A stretch of DNA of 64,000 bases from an uncultured Candidatus Peribacteria bacterium (GCA_964514565.1 CAZERA010000003.1:25221-89220), one strand, 5' to 3'. Counted from the first letter of the stretch, positions 55,002-63,064 are shown. Numbers and translations: made by a program. Notes: generated by a model from the letters alone, not told the origin.

Positions 55002-56804
55002 ATGGATCGGGAGAAGAATAGAGAAAGTAATCATTCATCTGCACCAGATGATCGTGGAATCACGCGAAGAAGATTTTTGGGTGTACTGGGTGCTGCATTA
55101 GCGGCTAGCTGTAAGCCAAATGATAGACCCTCGGTTCAACCTAGAGCTCAACATCCCCATGTTGTTCCAGCTGTTCCACCAACTAGAAACGACGAAATAC
55201 CGAATACCTTCCAGCCAGCTCCTGACAACGAGCGTGAGACTATGCGCTATAATGACTGGCCACAGTCAACTCTTAATCCAATTGAACGCGCTGAAGCCGA
55301 AGCACGAGTACGGGAATTTATTGAAAGACTCAATAGATTAGATGGTGAGATTTTGAGGCAATTTGGTATTCGTAGCGGTATTGGTGATATGAGGCATTAT
55401 AGTATGAATGAACTACCACCAGATCCTCGATTCAACCCGGTGCGGGATATCCACGATACTTTGGAAAATCTCTCTATGTCCGAACAGGCACGTGTTAGAG
55501 CAATGGTGTCTAGCAGTGATGTTCTTGCCAGCTTTGAAAGAGTGAGTGTTGATATTTTTCGTTTGAAGGATACAGATTCATTTTGGAGAATTTTAACTGT
55601 ATTTGCGAAGGGTAATTGTGAGAGACGAGCTTTCGCTGCTGTAGCACAATATGAACGAGCTCATAATATCAAAATGGTCATGCCTCGAGATGACTTCTAT
55701 TACTCAGCTAGACTAAAGGACTATGTACCTACTGGTAATGATATTTATAGTCAGGATATTGATCCAAGAAATATTTCCGGTCGGTCAACTGTATTTGATA
55801 GCGCAGAGCTAGATAGTCTTAATGCTCATCCAGGATGGGCAGGTAGGAGAAGACAACGACAGTTTAGAGAATTAGCAGGAAATGAAGCTATTGTGCAGTT
55901 AGCAAAAAATTCTGATTTTACTCTCGCTGAGTACTTCTCGTTGATTAAAGCAATCATTCATAACCGAGAACTTGCGCCAACTAATGTTAGGGAGAACGAT
56001 ATTGTTATTGCTCAGAGACTAGTCGCAGCTAATAGAGAGTTCGCTGAATCATCTCTTCTGGATCATGAGACCGATGCGGTAATTGTTTTCCATGGTTCTG
56101 ATCATGAGCACTGGGGAGACAGCCTTACAATTCCTGGTAATCATTTGGGGCGAGCTGATGACTCTTGGGATAAAATTGCAGCTGCTGCTGGTGTGTCTAG
56201 AGGTAAAGTCCATCGATTTGGAGCCAATCCAGAGCGTCAAGGGCCGAACCAGCTACCAGCTCTCTATAGAGCAATGAGTCATTCGAGAGGAAAGACGTTT
56301 GTCGCTTTTGATACACATGGTGATACTGATTATCTACAAGTTGATGATAGAACTCCTAATATGAAGCTAACTCCTGCTGATCTTGCTCGGTCTTTGCTTG
56401 ATCGTGTAAGGGCAATGCAAGATCCAGAGACTTTAGGACAAATGACATTATGTATGGAGGCTTGTTATACCTATGATTTTACTCATAATTTACTTCAAGA
56501 AATGCAGAGGCAATGGACAGCTGATGCTGCTTCTATTTGTGCCTTCGCTAACCTAAAATTACCTACCATCATTATTCCAGTACAAGAAGGATCTTACGCG
56601 GCACATAATTTCAAAGCTTTCAGAGTGCTACTCAAACAGTTAGTAGGTATCAGACGTGACCGAGGAATAAAAGGGGAGCGCATCCTTAAGAATGTCCAAC
56701 CAATAGGTTATCGAGAGCATGATTTTACCATCTTCACTTCAGGTACTGGAAAAGTCATCGAAATAGCTCAGAGAGACAGAAGCGCGGATGCAAGAGAAGC
56801 TTAG
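55002..56804 (+). CDS. Tat-signal lipoprotein with a C-terminal clan-CD (legumain/C13-like) cysteine-peptidase-like module
   Basis: The N-terminus GITRRRFLGVLGAALAASC combines a twin-Arg motif with a lipobox Cys. Later come AVIVFHGSDHEHWGD, FVAFDTHGDTDYL (His-Gly) and, 49 aa on, MTLCMEACYTYDF. These parallel legumain VVIVAGSNGWYNY / FTDHGSTG / FYIEACESG. Confidence 0.45.
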   Translation: MDREKNRESNHSSAPDDRGITRRRFLGVLGAALAASCKPNDRPSVQPRAQHPHVVPAVPPTRNDEIPNTFQPAPDNERETMRYNDWPQSTLNPIERAEAEARVREFIERLNRLDGEILRQFGIRSGIGDMRHYSMNELPPDPRFNPVRDIHDTLENLSMSEQARVRAMVSSSDVLASFERVSVDIFRLKDTDSFWRILTVFAKGNCERRAFAAVAQYERAHNIKMVMPRDDFYYSARLKDYVPTGNDIYSQDIDPRNISGRSTVFDSAELDSLNAHPGWAGRRRQRQFRELAGNEAIVQLAKNSDFTLAEYFSLIKAIIHNRELAPTNVRENDIVIAQRLVAANREFAESSLLDHETDAVIVFHGSDHEHWGDSLTIPGNHLGRADDSWDKIAAAAGVSRGKVHRFGANPERQGPNQLPALYRAMSHSRGKTFVAFDTHGDTDYLQVDDRTPNMKLTPADLARSLLDRVRAMQDPETLGQMTLCMEACYTYDFTHNLLQEMQRQWTADAASICAFANLKLPTIIIPVQEGSYAAHNFKAFRVLLKQLVGIRRDRGIKGERILKNVQPIGYREHDFTIFTSGTGKVIEIAQRDRSADAREA

Positions 56805-56878
56805 TTCTACCTCCTACCTCAGCTATTGAAGTAGCTCAATATATTGAACGAGCATTGAACCACGACGAGAAGCCCTAA

Positions 56879-57038
56879 TTAGGCAGCTTCTTTATAATTC
56901 CATTCTTTCACCACTACTTTATCAATGCCTTGATTCTTTGTGCCATTCCATCTCACTGATCGCTGTCTCAAGAGCTCGATATGAAAATGGTACAAAAAAT
57001 TACTTTGCTTACATTCTTCTCCATTTTTTGTGTTTCAT
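56879..57038 (-). pseudogene. Member B of the small-ORF family, disrupted by a +1 frameshift in an A6 run
   Basis: The open frame NTKNGEECKQSNFLYHFHIELLRQRSVRWNGTKNQGIDKVVVKEWNYKEAA* has no start codon. An ATG at 57038..57036 (ATG AAA CAC AAA AAA TGG...) comes into frame if one A of the run at 57024..57029 is removed; copy A has A5 at this position. Confidence 0.45.
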
Positions 57039-57122
57039 AATGAGCTTATTAATATCGCCTAGGCTGCCTGTATAAGAGTAGTTGTGATATAATTACTAGA
57101 ACAGTAGTTACACATCAACGTT

Positions 57123-58055
57123 ATGTTAGACGAACAGGAAGAACAATTGGAAAAAGACTTCGAGACCTTACGAGCAACGCGCGATCGAAAAGAGCGTGAA
57201 GCATTGCGACATCTTTTCATGGAGCGCCTGGCTAGTTTGCGAGAGTTTCCTATTCACAATGCAGTAGTAAGGAAGTACCTGCGTTTATTAATGCGAGATG
57301 GAGAGCTGGAGCGAGAGGTAATGAGAAAGTCTGTAGTAAGCGAATTGGGGATGCTTGATGCCATTAAGCTGCATAAAGATGAACAAGCTCGTCTGGAAAT
57401 TTTCTATGGCAAGTATGCCAAATTATATGAGGCGGATACCGAAGCAGCATTAGCTTTTGGTGTGGATAGAACTGATGCACCTCCTTGGGAGGCAATCAAA
57501 GCGAGCATCACACCGCGAATGATAAGCTTGATAGAAAAGCTCCCCGAGAAACGTCTTATTGTTGTAAGAGCATCGCGTCAGGACCTGATTGCTGCCATAG
57601 ATAGCCGAGTGGACAGCTATGGTATTAGAAGCAATAGCTCTATATATGAAATTACTGATGATCAATTATGGAATAATGGGGAGCGTGAGGATAGCATTAA
57701 TTGGCAGGTGTTGTTTATTGATGGTCGAGAAGATATTCCTTATGATAGAACTGTACAGAGCGGTAGGGCCGGTGACCAAGTACTTGCATTGCAGGCTCAA
57801 TATAAGGCTCAAGGGTACAGTATTTTAACAGGGGCACAGGCGTACTTAGGATTACAAATGCAAGGATTGGTTAGTGGCGTAATGATTGATTCGAAGTCCC
57901 ATACTGTACTAAATAGTGATGTCGTAGCAGCTGACCAGGAAGCTTTTCTCGGTAGTGGTCATTGTTACTTTGGCCAGGTCGCCTTTACCTTCAGTTATCC
58001 GCGCATGCCGGAGATTAATCTTCATCTGCGTCGTGTGGTTAGAGTGAATCGTTAA
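57123..58055 (+). CDS. Hypothetical protein (310 aa)
   Basis: ORF with a charged helical N-terminus. No motif recognised. Confidence 0.65.
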   Translation: MLDEQEEQLEKDFETLRATRDRKEREALRHLFMERLASLREFPIHNAVVRKYLRLLMRDGELEREVMRKSVVSELGMLDAIKLHKDEQARLEIFYGKYAKLYEADTEAALAFGVDRTDAPPWEAIKASITPRMISLIEKLPEKRLIVVRASRQDLIAAIDSRVDSYGIRSNSSIYEITDDQLWNNGEREDSINWQVLFIDGREDIPYDRTVQSGRAGDQVLALQAQYKAQGYSILTGAQAYLGLQMQGLVSGVMIDSKSHTVLNSDVVAADQEAFLGSGHCYFGQVAFTFSYPRMPEINLHLRRVVRVNR

Positions 58056-58092
58056 TCTTTGATCTTAGTGTCTTGTTTTTTTAAATTCTGCT

Positions 58093-58116
58093 CTCTTGAT
58101 TGCATCAAGAGTTTTT
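58093..58116 (+). terminator. Rho-independent terminator after CDS 57123..58055
   Basis: 8-bp stem ctcttgat / atcaagag with a 3-nt loop, followed by TTTTT. Confidence 0.6.
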
Positions 58117-58259
58117 GGAACGAGTCCAATTGGGAGATAGTTACCTGAATATAGACTCTGCTTAGTGTTCTTTAGGTAGTAAGGGGAGTAGAGACGACTA
58201 CCTTAGCTATTGAATAAAATTAACACAGTGAGGGGGGCGCTGAACTATGGTTTGAAGCC

Positions 58260-58424
58260 TCATTTGGTGGTCACCTTGTAATTACATTCTTTAATCACCA
58301 CCTCATTGACACATTGATTCCTGCTACTATTCCACTTAACAAATCGCTGCTTTAAGAGCTTGACGTGAAAGTGATATAGAAAATTACTTTGTTTACATTC
58401 TTCTCCACGAGTCCCCCCGCGCAT
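58260..58424 (-). CDS. Member C of the small-ORF family (54 aa); its first six codons come from the adjacent insertion
   Basis: My translation is MRGGTRGEECKQSNFLYHFHVKLLKQRFVKWNSSRNQCVNEVVIKECNYKVTTK. The ATG lies inside the palindrome gcATGc at 58422..58424. Confidence 0.35.
   Translation of the reverse strand: MRGGTRGEECKQSNFLYHFHVKLLKQRFVKWNSSRNQCVNEVVIKECNYKVTTK
58387..58407 (+). repeat. Left 21-bp direct repeat flanking the four-helix-bundle cassette (ctttgtttacattcttctcca)
   Basis: Matches 58938..58958 (ttttgcttccattcttctcca) at 18 of 21 positions. Both match the uninterrupted copy B sequence ctttgcttacattcttctcca. Confidence 0.7.
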
Positions 58425-58429
58425 GCGGG
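58416..58429. repeat. GC-rich palindromic hairpin, family member 6 (cccgc-gcat-gcggg)
   Basis: Located at the left edge of the inserted cassette. Nearly identical to the copy at 46076. Confidence 0.6.
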
Positions 58430-58576
58430 AGGCGAGTCTCTTTCCTATCTCCTAGCTCCTTTTCCTCATCATACAGCCTGTCGGACTCAAGGACAGAGGA
58501 ACGAGGAAATAGGAAATAATCGCTCAGAGAGAATTTCATAAATTAGTTACTAAAATGTGACTGAGTAACTTTTAGT

Positions 58577-58936
58577 ATGTTCATTTTCGAAACATTTCCT
58601 GTATATCAAAAGGCTGAAGCTATATACTCTGAGCTGTTATTAATTCTGCCTTCTCTCAAAGATAAAGTTCTTTCGGATCAATTGCGGCGTGCAATGACTA
58701 GTATTGTGTTAAACATTGCAGAGGGTAGTGGGAAGTTTAGTCCAAAGGAAAAGAAGAATTACTATTTAATCTCTCGAGCCCCGGTAAGTGAATGTGTGGC
58801 TATTTTGAGATTGCTTCATCTTCAAAACGTGATTTCTGAACTGCAGTTAAATTTATGGAAAGAAGCATTTTTAGTAATCCATAAAATGCTCAGTGGGATG
58901 ATCAAGACTTTTTCACAAAGTAAAAGAGATACTTAG
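58577..58936 (+). CDS. Four-helix-bundle protein (23S rRNA intervening-sequence protein / Avd family)
   Basis: 119 aa. FPVYQKAEAIYSELLLILPSL....L.DQLRRAMTSIVLNIAEGSGKFS.KEK..YY.ISR.S..EC.. is the canonical signature of this family. Confidence 0.85.
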   Translation: MFIFETFPVYQKAEAIYSELLLILPSLKDKVLSDQLRRAMTSIVLNIAEGSGKFSPKEKKNYYLISRAPVSECVAILRLLHLQNVISELQLNLWKEAFLVIHKMLSGMIKTFSQSKRDT

Positions 58937-58937
58937 A

Positions 58938-58958
58938 TTTTGCTTCCATTCTTCTCCA
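58938..58958 (+). repeat. Right 21-bp direct repeat flanking the four-helix-bundle cassette
   Basis: Begins 1 nt after the four-helix-bundle stop codon. See 58387..58407. Confidence 0.7.
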
Positions 58959-59038
58959 TTACAATGGCTTACAAGCGCTGCTTCTTAGATTTTTGCGTGG
59001 TGGGATTTACAACGTTATAAAAATTGAATCACTGAATA

Positions 59039-59713
59039 TCAATTACTTGATTTATGAAAAAGTTTTCTGTACTCCACATAAGAATAAACAATGGTGATAA
59101 TTGCAATGATCACTACAGGAGCAATGATCAATAACATTGCTATACCACTTGGGAAAAGTAGACCTAAAAGAGAAATTAGAGCGGCAAGTTTAAAGAGTTT
59201 CCCACCAAGTTTGTGAGTCTTTTCCCAAACTACATCGCTAGAAAGAGTCCATGGTGTGCGAATGCCTACAAACCAGTTGCGTTTTGATTTTTCAATTACT
59301 ATTCCGACAAAGTACCAAAGAACCACCATTGCAGGGATGATTGCAGTACTAAAGTTAAAGCGCGTACCCAGATTCCAAGCTATTTGCAAACCAAAAATGT
59401 ATAAAAGAAAGAGAAATCCCACGATCCAGAAATAATTGTAGTATTTTCTAAAAGATTGGATATTGGATTTTTGAGGATCAATTCGAGGCACTATCCAGTA
59501 AATCAAGAATAGTCCAGCGAGCAGGATAGGCAAAAAGAATACACCCCAAAACTTAGTCATATAGCCATTCACTTCTCCTGCAGCATTCCAATGAGAGGCC
59601 ACTTGATCAGGAAGTTGGGGATAGAAAATTACCCCTACCACAAGAGCTATAGCTATAAGTAGTAAGAGAATAATATTGGTGACTTTGTTCACTGGATAGG
59701 GAGTTAATAGCAC
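59039..59713 (-). CDS. SdpI/YhfL-family membrane protein with a DUF1648 N-terminal domain
   Basis: YPQLPDQVASHWNAAGEVNGYMTKFWGVFFLPIL is the DUF1648 pattern. Further TM helices and the W..THKLGGKLF motif of the SdpI family follow. GTG start. Confidence 0.7.
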   Translation of the reverse strand: MLLTPYPVNKVTNIILLLLIAIALVVGVIFYPQLPDQVASHWNAAGEVNGYMTKFWGVFFLPILLAGLFLIYWIVPRIDPQKSNIQSFRKYYNYFWIVGFLFLLYIFGLQIAWNLGTRFNFSTAIIPAMVVLWYFVGIVIEKSKRNWFVGIRTPWTLSSDVVWEKTHKLGGKLFKLAALISLLGLLFPSGIAMLLIIAPVVIIAIITIVYSYVEYRKLFHKSSN

Positions 59714-59791
59714 TGAGGACCTATGCTGTGCTTAATATCCTTATCATAGTAGAAAATATGCTATAACAAAAGTACCAAGTCGCTTAAATTT

Positions 59792-60163
59792 ATGAATACA
59801 TTATTGTGGAAAGATGCTTTAGGGTGGGGATTTTTTCTTTGGCTTATTGGATATATTCTAGGAATAGCCTTCTTTTTTGTACTTCCAACTTCAATAATAG
59901 GGTGGGTAATTATGCCTATTGGTCTCCTGATTACGTTGTGGGTATTGCTTAAAAAAGTGAAGATGACTACTTTGAGAAATTATTTATTCTTAGCAGTAGT
60001 ATGGACATTGATAGCTATGATATTTGACTATCTCTTCATTGTAAAAGTTTTGAATCCAATAGATGGTTATTATAAGCTGGATGTATATTTGTATTACATG
60101 TTAACTTTTCTTATGCCACTTGTAGTTGGTGGTTGGAAAATAAAGCACACCACAAGGCTTTAG
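59792..60163 (+). CDS. Small integral membrane protein (four predicted TM helices), function unknown
   Basis: Strongly hydrophobic 123-aa ORF. Confidence 0.5.
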   Translation: MNTLLWKDALGWGFFLWLIGYILGIAFFFVLPTSIIGWVIMPIGLLITLWVLLKKVKMTTLRNYLFLAVVWTLIAMIFDYLFIVKVLNPIDGYYKLDVYLYYMLTFLMPLVVGGWKIKHTTRL

Positions 60164-60319
60164 CTGCTAATAGGTTAGAAAGATTCATTGGGAATTGGTG
60201 TAATGGCCTTTCTACTGAGAGTGCGCATGCTATTCGTGAACATTTAGCCCAGATTCTTTAGGCTGAGTGGATTTTTTAGCTGATTTCCATTATTTTAATT
60301 GCTCATTAGTTTCAATGAC

Positions 60320-60952
60320 ATGAGTTTGCCGGAGATTTTTGAACGGAAAATACGGGCTCTATTACCAATTGATCCTACGCGATCAGACTTCCCTGAAATG
60401 GTGGAGGTTTGGCTTCGGATTCGAGCTTTTTTGATTGTTGTTTTAACTGAAACTATTACTAGTCCATCGCGAGCGATGGTGCTTTTTGAAAGTTGGTACA
60501 CTCAAAATGCCGCTATGCTCAATGCCTTGTTTAATAGTGAGGCGGCCACTAGTGAGCTGAGAACAAATTTGAGTTACTTTTTAGATGGTTTCCAAGGTTT
60601 ACGAGAGGATGTCCATAAGGTGCTTCACACTACACCACGTCCTTCTAGTAATGCTGAGCTTTATTTAGCTCATTGCTTTTATTTGAATGCTGATGACCTC
60701 AGTATTCTCAATCGGTTGTCATTGTTTGGTGAAGAAGTTTGTCTAGTATTTGAATTTGTGCATAGTGTCAAATTCTTTGGTGACGAGATTGCTAAAAGAA
60801 AATGGCATCAAGCTAGTGATACTACTTTTGAACACACTTGGCGTGATTTTACTTTTACATTTGAGCGAACAGCACATAGCGGTGTGAGATTGATTCGGGC
60901 GGAAAGAGCGCCCTCCCTGGAAATTCCTTATTTGTCGCCAAATATTTCATAG
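60320..60952 (+). CDS. Hypothetical protein
   Basis: ORF. I prefer the ATG at 60320 over the TTG at 60299. No motif recognised. Confidence 0.5.
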   Translation: MSLPEIFERKIRALLPIDPTRSDFPEMVEVWLRIRAFLIVVLTETITSPSRAMVLFESWYTQNAAMLNALFNSEAATSELRTNLSYFLDGFQGLREDVHKVLHTTPRPSSNAELYLAHCFYLNADDLSILNRLSLFGEEVCLVFEFVHSVKFFGDEIAKRKWHQASDTTFEHTWRDFTFTFERTAHSGVRLIRAERAPSLEIPYLSPNIS

Positions 60953-60971
60953 TTAGGCTTTGTATAAACTA

Positions 60972-60994
60972 CTTGCTAGATACTTACTAGCAAG
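60972..60994. terminator. Hairpin between convergent genes (cttgctag / ctagcaag)
   Basis: 8-bp perfect stem with a 7-nt loop between the 3' ends of 60320..60952 and 61056..61556. Confidence 0.4.
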
Positions 60995-61055
60995 AGTATT
61001 TGGGTTACTCCAAAAAACACACGGAGATAGTGTGGTTTATCTATCCCTAAATTTT

Positions 61056-61556
61056 TTAGCTGAGCTTTGATGTTTGCATATGTGCTGGCACGGTAGGATC
61101 ATCGTCAGCGGCTAGCTGGAAGTTTTGCATGTTTCCATCTGTACTGGCTTCTAATCGCTGGCCAAAGTGTAATGTGGGTGCTCCAGGATTGAGCATGGTG
61201 TGATGAAAACTTTCTAGTAATACAACAGCAGTGTCGATGCTGAAGTTTCCATCAGGGGCCAATCCTGTCCACTCTTTGGGGATCATGAAGAATAAACGGC
61301 CTCCGTCTGTAGCATTGATATATGTGATATATGCCTCAGGAATTTTGGCTTCGATACTAGTATCGAACTGAATTGCTAATGGAGTTTCTTTGCCAATCAG
61401 GCCAGCTACTTCTATTGCGCGTTCAATACTAAGCGCCGACCTAGCTAGCCGGCGAATTGCGTGTAGCAAATCGCGCAAGCGTATCTCCACCAATGACATT
61501 GGTGGAGGCGTGTCTTGTAGATCAAACCTAGTGGTAGCAAAAGAGGTCTCACTCAT
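61056..61556 (-). CDS. Hypothetical protein (166 aa)
   Basis: ORF only. Confidence 0.5.
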   Translation of the reverse strand: MSETSFATTRFDLQDTPPPMSLVEIRLRDLLHAIRRLARSALSIERAIEVAGLIGKETPLAIQFDTSIEAKIPEAYITYINATDGGRLFFMIPKEWTGLAPDGNFSIDTAVVLLESFHHTMLNPGAPTLHFGQRLEASTDGNMQNFQLAADDDPTVPAHMQTSKLS

Positions 61557-61712
61557 TTGTGGGACAAAATAATTTATAGACAGGTGCCAAGGTAGCAGAT
61601 AGTGAGTCGATCAACAACACTTTAGATTGCTTGATAAAAAGTAGCGGACAGTTTTTCACAGTAATTAAGTTGTGTTAACTTGATTCCGAAAAAGCTTTAT
61701 CCTCCACACTCT

Positions 61713-62420
61713 ATGCCTACCAAAAAGTTGCGTTTCATTCCTTGGATTTTTTTAATTGTAGGTGTCGTATTGCTGTTTATTGCATACAATTTATATGCTA
61801 GCACTCAGCAATTTTTGAAAGTATCAGTGAAAGCAGTTGGTACTGTAGTAGAGATGAAAAGTGTGAGAGATAGTGATGATGATCTTACCTACAAACCCGT
61901 AATTACTTATAAAGATCGTACTGGTCTAGAGCATACATTTACCTCCAGTACTTCATCGAATCCACCTTCTTATAGTGTCGGAGACAAGGTTGAACTTTTG
62001 TATGACCCACAAAAACCAGAACAGCCAAGCATCAATACCTGGATTGATTTGTATATTGGTGTGTTGGTGTTGGGCATAATTGGTGGATTAGATGTGCTTA
62101 TCTCAACTTTGGTGCTTTACGGCATATCTCGTCGTCAGAAGAAGATTAATTGGCTCAAAGAGAATGGCAAATTGATCGAGGCCAAGGTCAATGAAGTGAG
62201 TTTAAACCAACATTACAAAGTAAATGGCCAATCACCTTATATCATCGTGGCCCAATGGCAAGACGACGCTACCAACACCGTACAAGTTTTTCAAAGCGAT
62301 AATATTTGGTTTGATCCCACTCAGTATGTCAAAGATACTATTCAGGTATGGATCGATCCCAACAATCCACAGAGCTACTACGTAAAGACCGATTTCCTGC
62401 CTACTTTAGTGAATAATTAA
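61713..62420 (+). CDS. DUF3592-type membrane protein (two DUF3592-like beta modules separated by a TM helix)
   Basis: N-terminal TM helix, then GTVVEMKSVRDSDDDLTYKPVITYKDRTGLEHTFTSS...YSVGDKVELLYDPQKPEQ. After a second TM helix comes a similar module ending VWIDPNNPQSY. I prefer the ATG at 61713. Confidence 0.6.
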   Translation: MPTKKLRFIPWIFLIVGVVLLFIAYNLYASTQQFLKVSVKAVGTVVEMKSVRDSDDDLTYKPVITYKDRTGLEHTFTSSTSSNPPSYSVGDKVELLYDPQKPEQPSINTWIDLYIGVLVLGIIGGLDVLISTLVLYGISRRQKKINWLKENGKLIEAKVNEVSLNQHYKVNGQSPYIIVAQWQDDATNTVQVFQSDNIWFDPTQYVKDTIQVWIDPNNPQSYYVKTDFLPTLVNN

Positions 62421-62428
62421 GGTCTGGC

Positions 62429-63064
62429 TTAAGAACATTTTTTGCTTTCGCAGTTTCTTGCTGATAATGGTCTCAAGATTAACAATCTAGATTCAATAGT
62501 TGCTAGCATTTCGAGTAACAATGTTTCAGTATCTGAGATTGCAGGTATGTTGCTGCTTTGGTCATCAAATTGAGTTAGGGTTGCAGCTACAGTATCCAAA
62601 AGCTTTTCTTTGGTGTAGTTGTTGACGATCACACTTCTTGTTTCCTTTGTTTTTAATACTTTCTGACTAGCTTTTCCTTTTGTTTCTCCTGTAGTGGCTA
62701 CTAAAATAGAAAAAGATCTTTTGTTCACTGAGTTGATCAGTGTTTCCCGTACTTCATAACCATATATTCCTTTTTTACCTTGTGCTTTCTTAGCCCGGAC
62801 GCGGTCGATAATGGCAGTGAGGACTCTGCGCAAAGCATAGAGTGGTTCGGCAAAGCTGAGATGTCTCCAGCTCAGGGTGAGCACTTCAAAGTCTTGCATG
62901 AATTCATATGCTTCCAGATCCCATACTACTTGGATATTAATCTCTCTGTGTATACTTGGAGGCATATCAAACTTGTGAGCAAATGTCTCTTTTTCTGCAA
63001 GGGTCTTAGCTATCAACGCTAGCACCTGTTGTTCAATGGGGGCCTGTGTGTCTGCGGTTTTCAT
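62429..63064 (-). CDS. Hypothetical protein (211 aa)
   Basis: ORF only. Confidence 0.5.
   Translation of the reverse strand: MKTADTQAPIEQQVLALIAKTLAEKETFAHKFDMPPSIHREINIQVVWDLEAYEFMQDFEVLTLSWRHLSFAEPLYALRRVLTAIIDRVRAKKAQGKKGIYGYEVRETLINSVNKRSFSILVATTGETKGKASQKVLKTKETRSVIVNNYTKEKLLDTVAATLTQFDDQSSNIPAISDTETLLLEMLATIESRLLILRPLSARNCESKKCS

Noticed and set aside
518-57828. Numerous 60-160-aa ORFs embedded in or antisense to larger genes, for example 518..733, 814..1008, 1282..1566, 2164..2481, 6183..6521, 10771..11103, 11830..12309, 21837..22163, 24282..24548, 31327..31521, 34005..34457, 35099..35563, 38439..38822, 42225..42467, 44640..44975, 47625..47921, 52972..53190 and 57450..57665
   Set aside because: They are shadow ORFs lying wholly or largely within, and mostly antisense to, longer ORFs that have clear family signatures or operon context. 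Their compositions are low-complexity and no motifs are present.
54756-58424. The small-ORF family as an N-terminal remnant of an IS200/IS605 TnpA (YHFHV..P.R.R.V versus YHIVW.PKYRRKVL)
   Set aside because: The similarity covers only a few residues. There is no HUH motif or catalytic Tyr region, and the peptides end at ~50 aa in all copies with conserved stop positions. This is insufficient to call a transposase.
54756-58962. Diversity-generating retroelement: an Avd-family four-helix-bundle gene next to ~130-bp repeats that could be a TR/VR pair
   Set aside because: No reverse-transcriptase ORF lies anywhere nearby. Mismatches among the repeat copies are of all types rather than confined to adenines of one copy. 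The substitutions instead follow a codon third-position pattern on the minus strand.
54756-58962. Integron-like cassette array with the repeats acting as attC sites
   Set aside because: The repeat has no internal imperfect inverted-repeat (R''-L''/L'-R') structure and no GTTRRRY core that I could find. No integron integrase is present.
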